This document shows positions 30,736-43,930 of a stretch of 64,000 nucleotides of DNA, piece after piece. Every line of letters begins with the position of its first letter. The stretch's first letter is position 1. The translations under genes were made by a program, and so were the position numbers. The notes beneath the pieces were generated by a model. It worked only from the letters and a program-made list of their open reading frames with translations. It did no database searches and had not been told where the DNA came from. This stretch comes from Lama guanicoe (lineage: Eukaryota), in assembly GCA_013239625.1 (NCBI GenBank), contig MU053758.1, positions 3,163,854 through 3,227,853 on the forward strand, given 5' to 3'.

Positions 30736-32856
30736 TGTGTATGTACTTTTAATGTAATGCACTTGGGCGTCCATTAAAGTACCTAATTTTGTTGTCTACA
30801 AGCGTCACAAATCTTGATCCATTTCATGTTTTGTCTGTCCTACACATAACTGTTGTGATCAGGTTTTATTCTAAAAAGTATATACCAGGCAGACTTGATG
30901 ACAACACAATTTTCTATCAAATGGATTTCTCCTCTGGGCAGTTGTAAATATGAATCTCTTTTCCTTAGACAGACATATCAGTCCAACTGATCTTTTAATT
31001 TGGGGGATAATTTCATAGAGCTTGGCTATTACTTTGCTTATTAAGTGTAATTTCTTTAGCAGCTTAAGATACTGTGAATTTCTTTTTTAATCAATCATGC
31101 CTTTTAATAGGATTATAGATGCATAATTAGTCAGCAAATAAAGATGTGGGGTTTTTTGTACTTTTAAAACATTATAAGTCACAGGATTTGACTTTACTAA
31201 CTTGTCCCCTTTTCTGTTACATTGTTGATTTTTTTTTTCCACAAGAGCATGCCTCCACATGATATGGTTTAATCTTATGTTTCATGTTTCAGTTGAGAAT
31301 ATAATTAGACCGATTTGTGTTGGGACGTGTTTGTCAGCATTTTCTAGTATGTTCCAAGGTGCTCGAGCAATGCTGACATGCATTTCCGTATGTCCTACAT
31401 ATGCATTTCATGTGGAGTGATTAAGCAGGGAATCGTACACATGCGGATGTGTTCTTGGCAGATACTGAATTCATTCTTTGCTGCTGTAACTCAAGAGTAA
31501 AAAGCAGGGCAATTTCTCTCACCAAACACTTGGCCCTTGGGTCCCCGCCATTTTCTCTGGTATTTTCAATAGCACTTCCCCTTCCAACCTTGTTCATTGC
31601 AGCCCAACACACAGATGTTTCATGCTCCCCAAATGAGCATTGCTAGAAGGTGAGGCCAGTTTATGTATACATATATATATAATACACTGAAACTGTTTGA
31701 AACTGTTTCTATATATATAGTTTCAGTGTATTATAAATACAATTCACATTCTATCGTTAGCATTGCAGACCATAAGCACTAAACCAAACTATTCAGGAAT
31801 TCAGTTTCCTTTATCCATTCCCTTTTCATCTGGAGACCCCAACCTTTGAAGTTATGGTTCTCAGACTAAAGCTCTGCACGCAGCCGCTGGCCCCGTTTGA
31901 GCTACAATACTGGCCTTTTGTTTCTGGTCCCTGGAAGAGAGATCTTTGTTGGGTCCTAAGTACATCTCCCTCACCAGTTTGATGGTGTTCCCTTAGTGTC
32001 CCTTCCTGTCTTTGAAATACTGATTTTTCTAAACCTCCTTTCTCTAACTGATGACCTTGGCCCTGCTGTCTTCTAGGGAGTGTCCTGGAGAGTCTAGTTC
32101 TAGTCATTTTCTCCTCGTCTTGGTTTATTCTAGACAATTTAATCCCTTGTACTTGCATTCATCCTTTCTTGGATTTTATTTATTTATTTATTTTGTCTCT
32201 CTTTAAAAATTTTAATTTTTTTAGTTGTTTTTTTTCATTTTTAAGCCTATTCGATCCTCACAGCTCTCTGCCCTGCATAGCAGTGTTTAGCATCTGGAAT
32301 GAAAATCCCCATAGTTTCCTAAAGGCATCCTTTAATCCTGCTCAGCTCCTCCCCTGACTGCAGCTGTGAATTTTCTTCTCTTCAGTTTGGTCTGTGTTTC
32401 TCTTTATAGTATCCTGTGACTATCATTCAGTGGTTAAATGATTCACCTGTGTTTATGCATTCAAGGACATTTAAAAATTTTAATTCAACTTTTCACTTTG
32501 AGGTAACTGTGGATTCGGTTGTAAGAAATAGTACAGAGAAACGGTGCAGACCCTTTTCTGAGGTCCCATACTTGTAACATCTTATAAACAACAGGACAAA
32601 ATTACAACGCGATATTAACAGTAATGCAGTCAAGATTCAGGACATTCCCATTACCACACGGTTCTCAGCTGTCGTCCAGAGCCTTTTCCGAGTGTTGGCT
32701 CTGGGCAGTGTGCTAGGCACCAGAAGGGATGTAGAAAAGGAATAAATGCTGATCCTGTTGAAACCATTCAGTTCAGGGTTGGAAGTGGGAAGTGCCACAG
32801 AAAGGCACCTTCGAGGGGGAAGTAATTACTTTTTGCTGGGAGGATCAGAGAAGGCT

Positions 32857-33510
32857 TGTAAGGGCAAATACAAATGAAAACTAAGAGGCTTAATTCTCCT
32901 TGTTAAAAATAAGGGAAGAGACACCCATACCCCTCTTTTCTTAGAGCAATTAGTTTCGAAACCCTGTAAATTCTTTCTCCGTCTCTTTGAAATGTAACTG
33001 AATCTTTTAAAAGCTAAATAAGCCCCTGGCCAGCTTTATGACCCAGGAATGTCTTTCTTAAGGACCTGGGAACCATACTTGGGAATGTAAACATCCAAAG
33101 AAAACAGTACCCCTGTCTCCCAGTTCCTGTGCAAAGGTAGGAGCCTCTCTCTCGAAAACCAGCTCCTGTTATCAGAAGTGTATTTTTCCTTTATATGAAG
33201 CTTCTTAGCAAACACAGATGGTAGCCCCAATCACCAGGTCAAGTCACCCCAATTACCAATGAACTGTGTGTGACACATGATGATGTCAAGTCCTCTCACT
33301 GGAGGACTAGTTGTCATTTACTTAGGGATTTAAGGTGTTGTATCTGCTTGGCTATAAAAGGGTAAGATTTCCTTCTGCCTGCAGTCTTACTGCATCACAT
33401 TCTGGTTTAATGCTTATTCAATAACAAAAGTGTTTTCTTTCTCTACTAACTTTCTGGAGAGGCTTTCTGGACAGGGAGAAGATTTTATTTTTAATTCTAT
33501 TTCTCCAGCA
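32857..33510 (+). mobile_element. ERV1-class solo LTR (MER34/MER39-like)
   Basis: tgtaagggcaaatacaaatg...ttctccagca; TG/CA ends; TATA ctataaaa (~33353); near 4-bp TSD ggct/agct. Confidence 0.75.
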
Positions 33511-33679
33511 AGCTTCATGGAGCAGGTAGTGTCTGATCTCAGCAGTGAAGGATTACCTACATGTTATAGACAATTCATCTAAAAATAGGTCACATTTCCT
33601 ATTGTCATTTAGCCCACACGTAGGACCTATTTTAGGCAGGTGGCAATGGAGGCTTTGCCTTGAAATTAAAAAAAAAATT

Positions 33680-34130
33680 GATTGAGGTGAAATTCACATA
33701 ACATAAAATTAACCCTGAAAAAATGTACAGTTTATTTAGTCCATTCACAATGTTGGGTAGCCAGTGCATCTATCTAGTTCTAAACCATTTCACCACCTCA
33801 AAAGGACATCTGTACCCATTAAGCAGTCACTCCCTACTCCCCTGATCCCCCAGCCTATGTAACTATCAATCTGCTTTCTGTCTTTATGGATATCAGCACT
33901 AATCATAATGCCCAAAAGGTGGAAATGCCTCAAGTTTCCATCAACAGGTGAATGAACAAACAAATTGTGGTATATCCATACAGCAGAATATTATTCAGCC
34001 ATAATAAGGAATGAAGTACTGATACACGCTACAGCATGGATGAGCCTTGAAAACATGACAATAAGTGAAAGAAGCCAGACACAAAAGGATGTGTATTGTA
34101 TGCTTCTCTGTATGAAATATCCAGAATCGG
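33680..34130 (-). mobile_element. Old L1 (L1MB-like) 3' fragment with 5' inversion
   Basis: 33680-33892 is an L1 3' end on the minus strand; 33893-34130 is the immediately upstream L1 segment (WYIHTAEYYSAIIRNEVLIHATAWMSLEN) on the plus strand. Confidence 0.7.
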
Positions 34131-35098
34131 TTAAAAAACCAATTTTTTTTTGAGGGAACCTTCTAGCACATATGGAAGGACCTTATATACTAGATTTTGA
34201 ACCCTTATCAGAGATGGCGTGGTCTTCAATGTGAAGTGTTTTCTGGTAAACAGTAGCAGTAAAGAGAGAGAAGTTGGAAGTAGAAAAACCAGAGGGTGGC
34301 TGATGGTGGAGGACACAAGAGTTTATAGAAATTCCTCTGTTTGGCTTTCAACATCCACCTCACTCAAGTAAGCTTGTGTCTCTGTATGAACCTTCTCTGA
34401 CATTAGTGTCTGCTTCCTGATCTTGGATATATGCCCTGCACAACTATTACAGTAGCAAAGGTTTAGTCCTCAGAATTGAGCATTTCTGTCTTTCCAGTGC
34501 CTTGAATGTAGGGCCCAGCTGTAGTGTTCCTCTTTTGTCTTCTCCAGTAGCTTTCCCCATGACAGATGGTGTGGGCAGGGGGGAGGAGACCAGTGTGATA
34601 CCATTCAAAAGTAGGACACAGTACTTCTCTGTAACCAAAGTTCATATATCTTTGGAAATTATTTTTGCTTATTGGTCTTCACATAATGGCTTGACTTACT
34701 GAGTTCTATTTTCAGGCTTACATATCCTCCCACTACACCAACCGGCTAGATGGATGCGCCTATTTCAGAAGCACACTCCCCACGTCCTGTGTCCTCTTCT
34801 GCCTTCTTACTTCCCGTGAGGCTGACTGCCTCCCTGGTTTTCTGCTGCTATTGCAAAGCCCTCCAACTTTTCCTGGGTTGGACTCTGCTCCCTGACAGCT
34901 GCTATCAGATGCATCGGTTTCTGTCTCCCCATCCTTCTCTGTTTCTCTTGATTTCAGCTTCCCAGTCAGTCTCAGTATCTGAGCCCCCTCAGCGGCTCGG
35001 CGCTGTCATATAGCTTTGAAGGATGCACTGTGTATCACTGGTTGTTCGCCAGCTGGTATTTATATGTAGATCCCTTTCTTAGCAAGCTTTGTATAAAT

Positions 35099-35144
35099 CT
35101 ATATATATGTATATGTATATATATATGTGTGTGTGTGTGTGTGT
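35099..35144 (+). repeat. (TA)n(TG)n microsatellite
   Basis: tatatatatgtatatgtatatatatatgtgtgtgtgtgtgtgtgtg. Confidence 0.9.
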
Positions 35145-35971
35145 GGTACATTTAGGCTCTTTACAAAGAGACCTGTAACAAATGAAATTTTAGCTGTACA
35201 ATTTTTTTTTAAATGGTATTTCCCCACAGGCTTGGAGGAGGTAGAATCTGACTTTGGTTATTAAAATAAATGGCATTGAAAGTATACAGATTGACAAAAA
35301 TTCTGTTTGCTTACTACCCTGAGGTTCAAAATGCTTGTTTTCTCCTTAACTAGATGGTGAACTTCTCAAGGGCAAAAAGTGCATGTCTTCTGTTTCTTTG
35401 GAACCTGCCCCAACTCCCACTCATTTAGTGGGTCTTCCCACTAACCCATTAGCCTTCACGCTTATTTAATACTTTTGAACACATGAATGAATACCAGAGT
35501 AGACCATCTTTTATTGACTTTATATCTTCTCTTGAAAAGGACTTGGTTATTGTTAAACATTTCTTTTTTCTTTTAATTGAAGTACAGTCAATTACAATGT
35601 GTCAGTTTCTGATGTATAGCACAATGTTGCAGTTATGTGTATACATAATGTATATTCGTTAAACTTCTCTTCTTTTGAGTTCTGGAAACGTTCATTGCAA
35701 GGCTCAGGTTTGTTTTGACCTTCTCATTGTGTAACCAGGAGAGGAGTTGCTCGCGTAGGGATTACTGTTGTGTATTTAGGATGGAATGATAATCTTTTCC
35801 TCTTGGGCGTGGGGCTGCATTCAGATTAAAGCCACTAATACAGCACACCAACACTTTTCAGTTTAATGCAACTTAATTACACCTATAGATCGTATCATCT
35901 TACATGAATATAAGGCTTCTCCTTCCGTGAACAATTTTGAATGTTTGGAAGAAATGCTGGCGTCTGTAGTT

Positions 35972-37255
35972 TTTACCCTCAAAAAAATCATTATCTTTGG
36001 AACCTCCCCAGGCAGCCACAAGACTAGCTACTCATTCCTTGAAAGAGATGTTCATTAAAGTCAGCACTGTTTGAGAATTACGGAAACATTTTCTATTCTC
36101 TTTGACAAGTTCTCCACGTTAATCTTAAAGACTGAGTTAAAACAGAACCCATTCTTTTTTCAACTATATAATCCAATATACCTTTGCTAGTTTAGCTATG
36201 CCACCTTTGTACTTTTAAACTCTAACTTCATGTAGTCAACAATAACTTTTGAGTTGCCTATGAAAAATAATCTGGTATTAAGGTAAAAGTGTGCATGATT
36301 TATTTTCTGATTCAGTGCTTAACACAGTTGTTGATGTCTTGAAGACTGTAGTCTGCAATACCATTTGTGGTACTGAATGTTCTGAAATTTGTGAACATTA
36401 AAAGAAATTTCTTTTTAATTTTTTGGCCCCTCAGTTTGACTTTTATTTCTTTTCTGCTTCTGACACCACTGGTCCATTCAATAAAAATAAAGATAAAAAA
36501 GTTTAATACATTTTAAGATGTCTTTGGCTTCAGTTACATACATTTGGAAATTAAGAAACATTCTGAAATGTAGTCCAGCTTATCTGAAAAGCAAAGCTGT
36601 TGGGAAGGCAAGACTAGTTGCCTTTTAGTACGTCCACATTCTGCTGCACCTTTTACAAATATTTCTGCACTGTTGCCTTCAGAAAAATTCATTATACTAA
36701 CGCATTACGCTTCAATTCCTTGCTTTTTTTTTTTTTTTCCAAATGTCTCATCTCACCGGCGACTCAGTCCACCAATTCTGGCTCTGGAAACGAAATCTGG
36801 TGCTATGTGGACACACAAGTACTACAAGCTCACTTACCCTCAAAAATCATTAGCATTGAAATTTCTCCAAGTTGTCAGAAAACTCGTGACTCATACCTTG
36901 AAAGAGATGGTCACTGAAGTCAGCGCTGTTAGAAAATTAGGGAAACGTTTTCAGTTCTTTTTGAGAATCCTAAAGGTTAATCTTTTCGGATTAGCTTTGG
37001 TCTTTTTCCAGCTGTGTGATGCTGTATAAGACCTTTGATTGTTTAGCTATATCAGCTTATTACTGTACTTGCTTATCATAAACAATCAATAACTGTTTTT
37101 TGACTTGAGTCAGGTACCTCCAAGACTGACTTGGCATGACTCTGCTCTGAATATAAGTTTTTGTGTGTGACTCACTTCTGGAAAGGACCCCTCTGTTGTG
37201 GTTCTTGAGTTAAGATAATTCATACTTCAAAACATCATATTTAGTTCTGAATTTC
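35972..37255. repeat. Diverged tandem duplication, unit offset ~859 nt
   Basis: 35972-36250 aligns by eye with 36833-37100 (e.g. ctcattccttgaaagagatgttcattaaagtcagcactgtt vs ctcataccttgaaagagatggtcactgaagtcagcgctgtt); weaker similarity extends to ~36390 / ~37255. Confidence 0.75.
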
Positions 37256-37382
37256 TAGAATTTTGTTAGCCGTAACGTGATTTTTAAAAATGTACTCTAA
37301 AAGTTTGAATGTTTACCAGTTGGCTAGGATTTTTGCTATACATGACAAATTTTTCCTAGCAAGGAAGACTATTGTATTTTCA

Positions 37383-39066
<1,684 letters not shown>

Positions 39067-39934
39067 GACTTGTATTTTTCATGCTGTCCATATCTGTCTT
39101 AGTGCAACTTGTGGGCAGTTGTCCATTCATATCTTTGGTTTTCTATTGGTTATTTCCAGTGGGGTGTTCCACTCTTATATCAAACTCAATACACATACAA
39201 ATTAATCTATTATCTTTCTGTCTAATTCTGCTCTCCTTCCCAACTTTCTAATTTGAAACTAAAAAAATTTTTGTTTACCCTATCTTAGCTTTTGAAAGTC
39301 TAATCATTAACCAAATCCTGTCTCTCAGATTCTTTACTTCTCCCAGAATGATCTCAGTCAAGAAAAATTCAATTTATCCTTGAATTGCTATAGTAACCTA
39401 TTCACTTTATCTCCAGTCTCTATCCCCACCACTCCAATCCATCTTGTGTCAGAGGTCATATTAATTCCCTTATTCAGTCAACCCTTGATGGGTAATCCTG
39501 AGCATAAAGCTTTCAAGATTTCCCTGCAGAACTTAAAATTAGTATCTACCCCATCCTTCTCTATTTATTCTATCTTCTTTCCTTCTTTACTTCCTTTGAA
39601 AGGGAAAGTGCATCTCCCTTCCCTGTGTTGAACAATGCTTGGAAGGAAACTATTTAAATGTGATGTAGTAAGAGCTTCTGAGACATTTATTATTATTCAT
39701 ATAGGTGTAAATTAAAAAGAAAAGAGCATGACTTTAACAAATGTCTCAGTGAAACTTCAAAACTATTCTACAGTCAGAGCCTTGGTTTGATATGACTTTA
39801 ACTGCTTAATGCAAATGATAAATCCATATAAAAACACAACTCTTTGTGACCTGGAATATACTGTTCCTCTGAAGAAAATGAAATAGAATGATGGAAAATC
39901 TCTCTCTCTTTTTTATTTTGTAATTGTTCTATTT

Positions 39935-40140
39935 TTTTTTAATTGAAGTGTAGTTGACTTAACAATATTAGTTTCAGGTGTACAGCACAGAGATTCAGTA
40001 TTTTTAGATTGTACTCCAAATAGTTATAAAATATTGGTTATATTCCCTATGCTGTGTATTATATCTTTGTATCTTATTTATTTTATACCTAATAGTTTGC
40101 ACCTCTTAATCCCCTTCACCTATCTTGACCCTCCCCCTAG
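39935..40140 (-). mobile_element. L1 3'-UTR fragment
   Basis: aattgaagtgtagttgacttaacaatattagtttcaggtgtacagcacagagattcagt...; flanked by a tggaaaatct repeat (possible TSD). Confidence 0.7.
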
Positions 40141-40729
40141 CTGGAAAATCTTTCTTATACAAATTACCCGTGATTTTATTTTCTCTTTTCGATCCAGGTT
40201 CAGACTCATGATTGAAAAGGAAACCAGAACATCATATACTCTTGTTTGGTTTTAGGTATGCATAAACATTGTCATATCCAGGACCATCTTTTAAAACTCT
40301 TAAGTTGGAGTCATTGAGCTTTAGCTTTTCATATTTTGTATTCATTCTGTTTTTAACCTACATCACCCCAAATGTCTATTAAGCATATACCATGTTGGTT
40401 GTAATGAGCTAGTTTTTCTGAGGAGGGAAGGCAGAGCCACAGTGCTGCCCTAAATTTCAGTTCAGGTGGGCAAATGTTTGTGGAGGGCCCTGTGCGGGAT
40501 GGTGATGTGTGGAACTAGGGCTGGGTTCGTAAGTCAAGGCCTTGGTCATTGTCTTCATAGAGCCAGTAAGAGGGTATTGAAAATTGGACTTACAGTTGTA
40601 CAAATTGTCCAGCCTTTGTAGTATAACATGGTTGCATTTAGTTAAGATTGTAAATAGGAGCAACCAGATACCTATACTTTCCGCTAGCCCCACCAGATTT
40701 CCTATTTCATTAAACTTGAAGCTGCTCAC

Positions 40730-40855
40730 ATAGCAGCCCTGCCCCGCAGGCAGGCAGTAGTGGGTCTCAGTTTCCTTCTGCAGGTGCATCTTGATGTCCA
40801 GGAGCTGCTGGTAGCCTGCACTCCAGCTCTCTGTCTCCCTGCGGAGGCTGGAGGC
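40730..40855 (-). pseudogene. Relic type I keratin exon 6 (coil 2B end); probable unprocessed keratin pseudogene between KRT222 and KRT24 (KRT224P-like position)
   Basis: Translates LRRETESWSAGYQQLLDIKMHLQKETETHYCLPAGQGCY then gtgagc; aligns without gaps to KRT24 exon 6 [37 protein letters not shown]. Confidence 0.75.
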
Positions 40856-40934
40856 CTAGAATAATCTTTTAGAAAGAACTTCTGGGTAGGAGGTTGGAAT
40901 AAGTCACCACCCAACTCTTTAAAATCGTGTTTTT

Positions 40935-41230
40935 TTTAAAAATTGAAGTCTAATTGATTTACAATGTTGTGTTAGTTTCTGGTGTATAGCATAGTGATTC
41001 AGTTATACATATATACCCTTTTCCATTGTGGTTTATGATACAATACTGAATATAGTTCCCTGTGCTATACAGGAGGGCCTTGTTGTTTATCTATTTTATA
41101 TGTAGTAATTTATATATGCGAATCCCTAATTTATCCCTCCTCCACCCCTTCCCCCTTTGATAACCATAAGTTTGTTTTCTATGTCTGTGAGTCTATTTCT
41201 GTTTTGTAAATAAGTTCATTTGTATCATTA
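40935..41230 (-). mobile_element. L1 3'-UTR fragment
   Basis: aattgaagtctaattgatttacaatgttgtgttagtttctggtgtatagcatagtgattcag...aataagttcatttgtatc; TSD-like aaaatcgtgt / aaaatgtgtg. Confidence 0.75.
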
Positions 41231-42239
41231 AAATGTGTGATTTTTTAAGTTGTTATGATTCTGATAGAAATCACAAGTGTTAACATTGGATCTTCGTGGA
41301 AACTTTTGGGTGTGGAACACCCAGTGGGGAAAGCAAAATGACCTCATTTTGAAATGATACAATGAAGCCCTTATTTGCATACAAGCATGGATATTTAAAA
41401 AAATCTGACTTCTTGATCTTAGGCAAACTAATAAAAATTATTTGAAGCAATTTATCTTACAGATAGCTGCCAACAATGAGTAAAGCTAAAAGCAGTGTTT
41501 GTCTCTAAAGGTGGGGGTGTAAGGCTTAACTGACAGAGGTTGTGATAGTATGAAAAGCTCTTTCCGCAAGGTCAGTAAATTCCAGGCATTAATAATTGCA
41601 GTTATGCGTTGTACCAGTCCAAGAGAAGGTGCTTGGACTATGATTATGCTTCTCAAAATATACATGTGAGTTCTTTACAAAGTCCTTTGCAGAAAATCTC
41701 ACCATCTTATTATAAAAAGCTTAGAATGGCTCTTGCTTAGATTGCTTATCTTACGTACTTTTTGTGCATAAAAGTTGAGTTTTCAATGAAATATTGCCTT
41801 GCCTGTCTCACCTCCCACCTTTGCTGCCACGGTGAGATCATGACGCTCATTCAAGATGCTGCACTTGACTTCCCCAGGACACAGCTCTTGTTCTACTTAG
41901 AAAGCTGGTCTTCCCCTGGTTTTGCCCTCTACATGAAATCCGGCTTCAGTTTTAATGGCCAAAGGGGCATTTAGTATCCTGCTCTCCAGGCTGACCTCAG
42001 GCCGAGGGCCATCTTTGTTAGCACTTCCCGTCTCCAGAACGTCACACAACATCCACAAGTTCCTCCTCTCTACGTAGACCGAGAACTGTCCTGGGAATTT
42101 TAAAGCCTGCTTGTTTGCTTTAGGTCGGGGAGAAGCAGTTTTGTAAAATGGAAGTATACACAGTCGTTTTTTAGGTATCTCTTTCAGAATTAGACTACCC
42201 TATGAGTTTCATATAGGAAACTGTAGACCTTCATTTATG

Positions 42240-42480
42240 TTGGTAGAGTGGAAAGAACACGGCTTTTGGGATTAGGAAGACAGAACTTCGACTTCTAATT
42301 CTTCCTCTTACTTGCCCTGTGACTTTGAATAAATGATTTGACCTCTCCAAGCTACATTCTTCTTCCTCTGTGAAATAGGAACAGTAATATCTACATCATA
42401 GGGTTTGAGGAGTAAGTGAAATAAAGCATATAGATACCAAGCATTTATCTATGTAATAAGCGCTTATGAAATGTGAATTC
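42240..42480. mobile_element. MIR SINE fragment
   Basis: tggtagagtggaaagaacacggcttttgg...tgtgactttgaataaatgatttgacctctc...ctgtgaaataggaacagtaatatctac. Confidence 0.65.
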
Positions 42481-42679
42481 ATCTCTTCCCTCTCTTTTTT
42501 TGCTTGGTCAAAAAAATCATTATGCTTGATATCACTTGTAAAAATGCCTATTTAGATTAATTATAGACATTAGCTCACTGTGATCCTCTGTATCACAGGT
42601 GGGACCACATTCAGCTGCACTTTTTCTAAGTTACTCTTAAATAAAAGGCAGTACCGACACCGTAGACCGAGTCAAGCAA

Positions 42680-43138
42680 TTAACAGATGTGATATTAAAC
42701 AACAAGGTCCTACTATAGAGCACAGGGAACTATAGTCATTATCTTGCAATAACCTATGATGGAAAAGAACCTGAAAAAGAAATGTATATTTCTGAATCAC
42801 TTTGCTTTACAGCAGAAACTAACATAACATTGTAAATCAACTATGTTTCAATAAAAAATGTGGTTGGAAACTATTGGCTGTCAGTGGGGATGGGGTTTGG
42901 CTATGAGGAGATGCAGTATGGGGTGGAGGAGTAGGATGTACAAACTGCTGGGTGTTAAGGTAGGCTCGAGGGGGTCGTGTACAACACCGGGAGTATAGCC
43001 ACTATTTTGTAATAACTGTAAAGTGAAAGTAACCTTTAAAAATTGTATAACAATAGGGGGAGGGTACAGCTTAGTGGTAGAGTGTGTGCTTAGCATGCAC
43101 GGAGTCCAGGGTTCAATCCCCAGTACATCCTCTAAATA

Positions 43139-43173
<35 letters not shown>

Positions 43174-43392
43174 ACAAACCAAATTACCTCCCCCTCATAA
43201 AAATAAACAAACAAAAAATTGTATAACAATAAAAAACTAAAAAAAAAAGAAATGGTAATTATGTGACATGACGGAGGTGTTAGCTAAGGCTATGGTGGTG
43301 ATCATTCTGCAATGAGAGGAGTATTAAATTCATACACTGAACACCTGAAACTTACACAATGTTATATGTCAGTTATATCTCAATAAAGCTGT
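42680..43392 (+). mobile_element. Cluster of L1 3'-end fragments, with a nested SINE
   Basis: Three successive L1 3' UTR texts ending in aataaaaaa / caataaagctg. Confidence 0.7.
43056..43213 (+). mobile_element. tRNA-Ala-derived SINE (Vic-1-like), full form
   Basis: gggggagggtacagcttagtggtagagtgtgtgcttagcatgcacggagtccagggttcaatccccagtac + (TAAA)n + aattacctcccc + A tail; TSD aaaaattgtataacaata at 43038 and 43214. Confidence 0.9.
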
Positions 43393-43737
43393 GAGGTGGG
43401 GAAAGAAAAAAAAATGTAAGAATACAAGCCAAGATATCAACAGTGATTATGTTAGTGGGGTTATGAGTGATTTTAATTTTCTTCTTCTAGTTTGCATTTT
43501 CCAAATTGTCTTCAATAAATTACTTTTTTATCTTTAATTTTATTTCTCATTGAAGTGTAGTTGATTTACAATGTTAATTTCAGGTGTACAGCAAAGTGAT
43601 TCAGTTATACATATACATACATATATATATTTTTTTCAGATTTTTTCCATTATATATTATTGCAAAAAATTGAATATAGTTCCCTATGCTATACAGTAGG
43701 CCCTTACTTTTAAAAAATATTTAAAAAATACTATTAA

Positions 43738-43803
43738 ATTTTTTTATTTGTTTTTTGAGGGGGAGGTAATTAGGTTTGTTTGTTTGTTTGTTTGTTTGTT
43801 TGT

Positions 43804-43846
<43 letters not shown>

Positions 43847-43930
43847 TTTTTTGATGGAAGTACTGGGGATTGAACCCAGGACCTTGTGCCTGCTAAGCAC
43901 ACACTCTACCACTGAGTTATACCCTCCCCC
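43738..43930 (-). mobile_element. tRNA-Ala-derived SINE with expanded (TTTG)n(TTTA)n microsatellite
   Basis: Reverse tRNA head at ~43856-43930; tetranucleotide array at ~43774-43849. Confidence 0.9.

Noticed and set aside
35895..35945. Minus-strand gagaagccttat...tgtaag resembling a C2H2 zinc-finger linker
   Set aside because: Single short match with no Cys/His spacing or 84-nt periodicity.
43056..43130. tRNA-Ala gene (also at 14900 and other copies)
   Set aside because: Substitutions in the tRNA-like head, SINE-specific tail and TSDs identify these as SINE heads.
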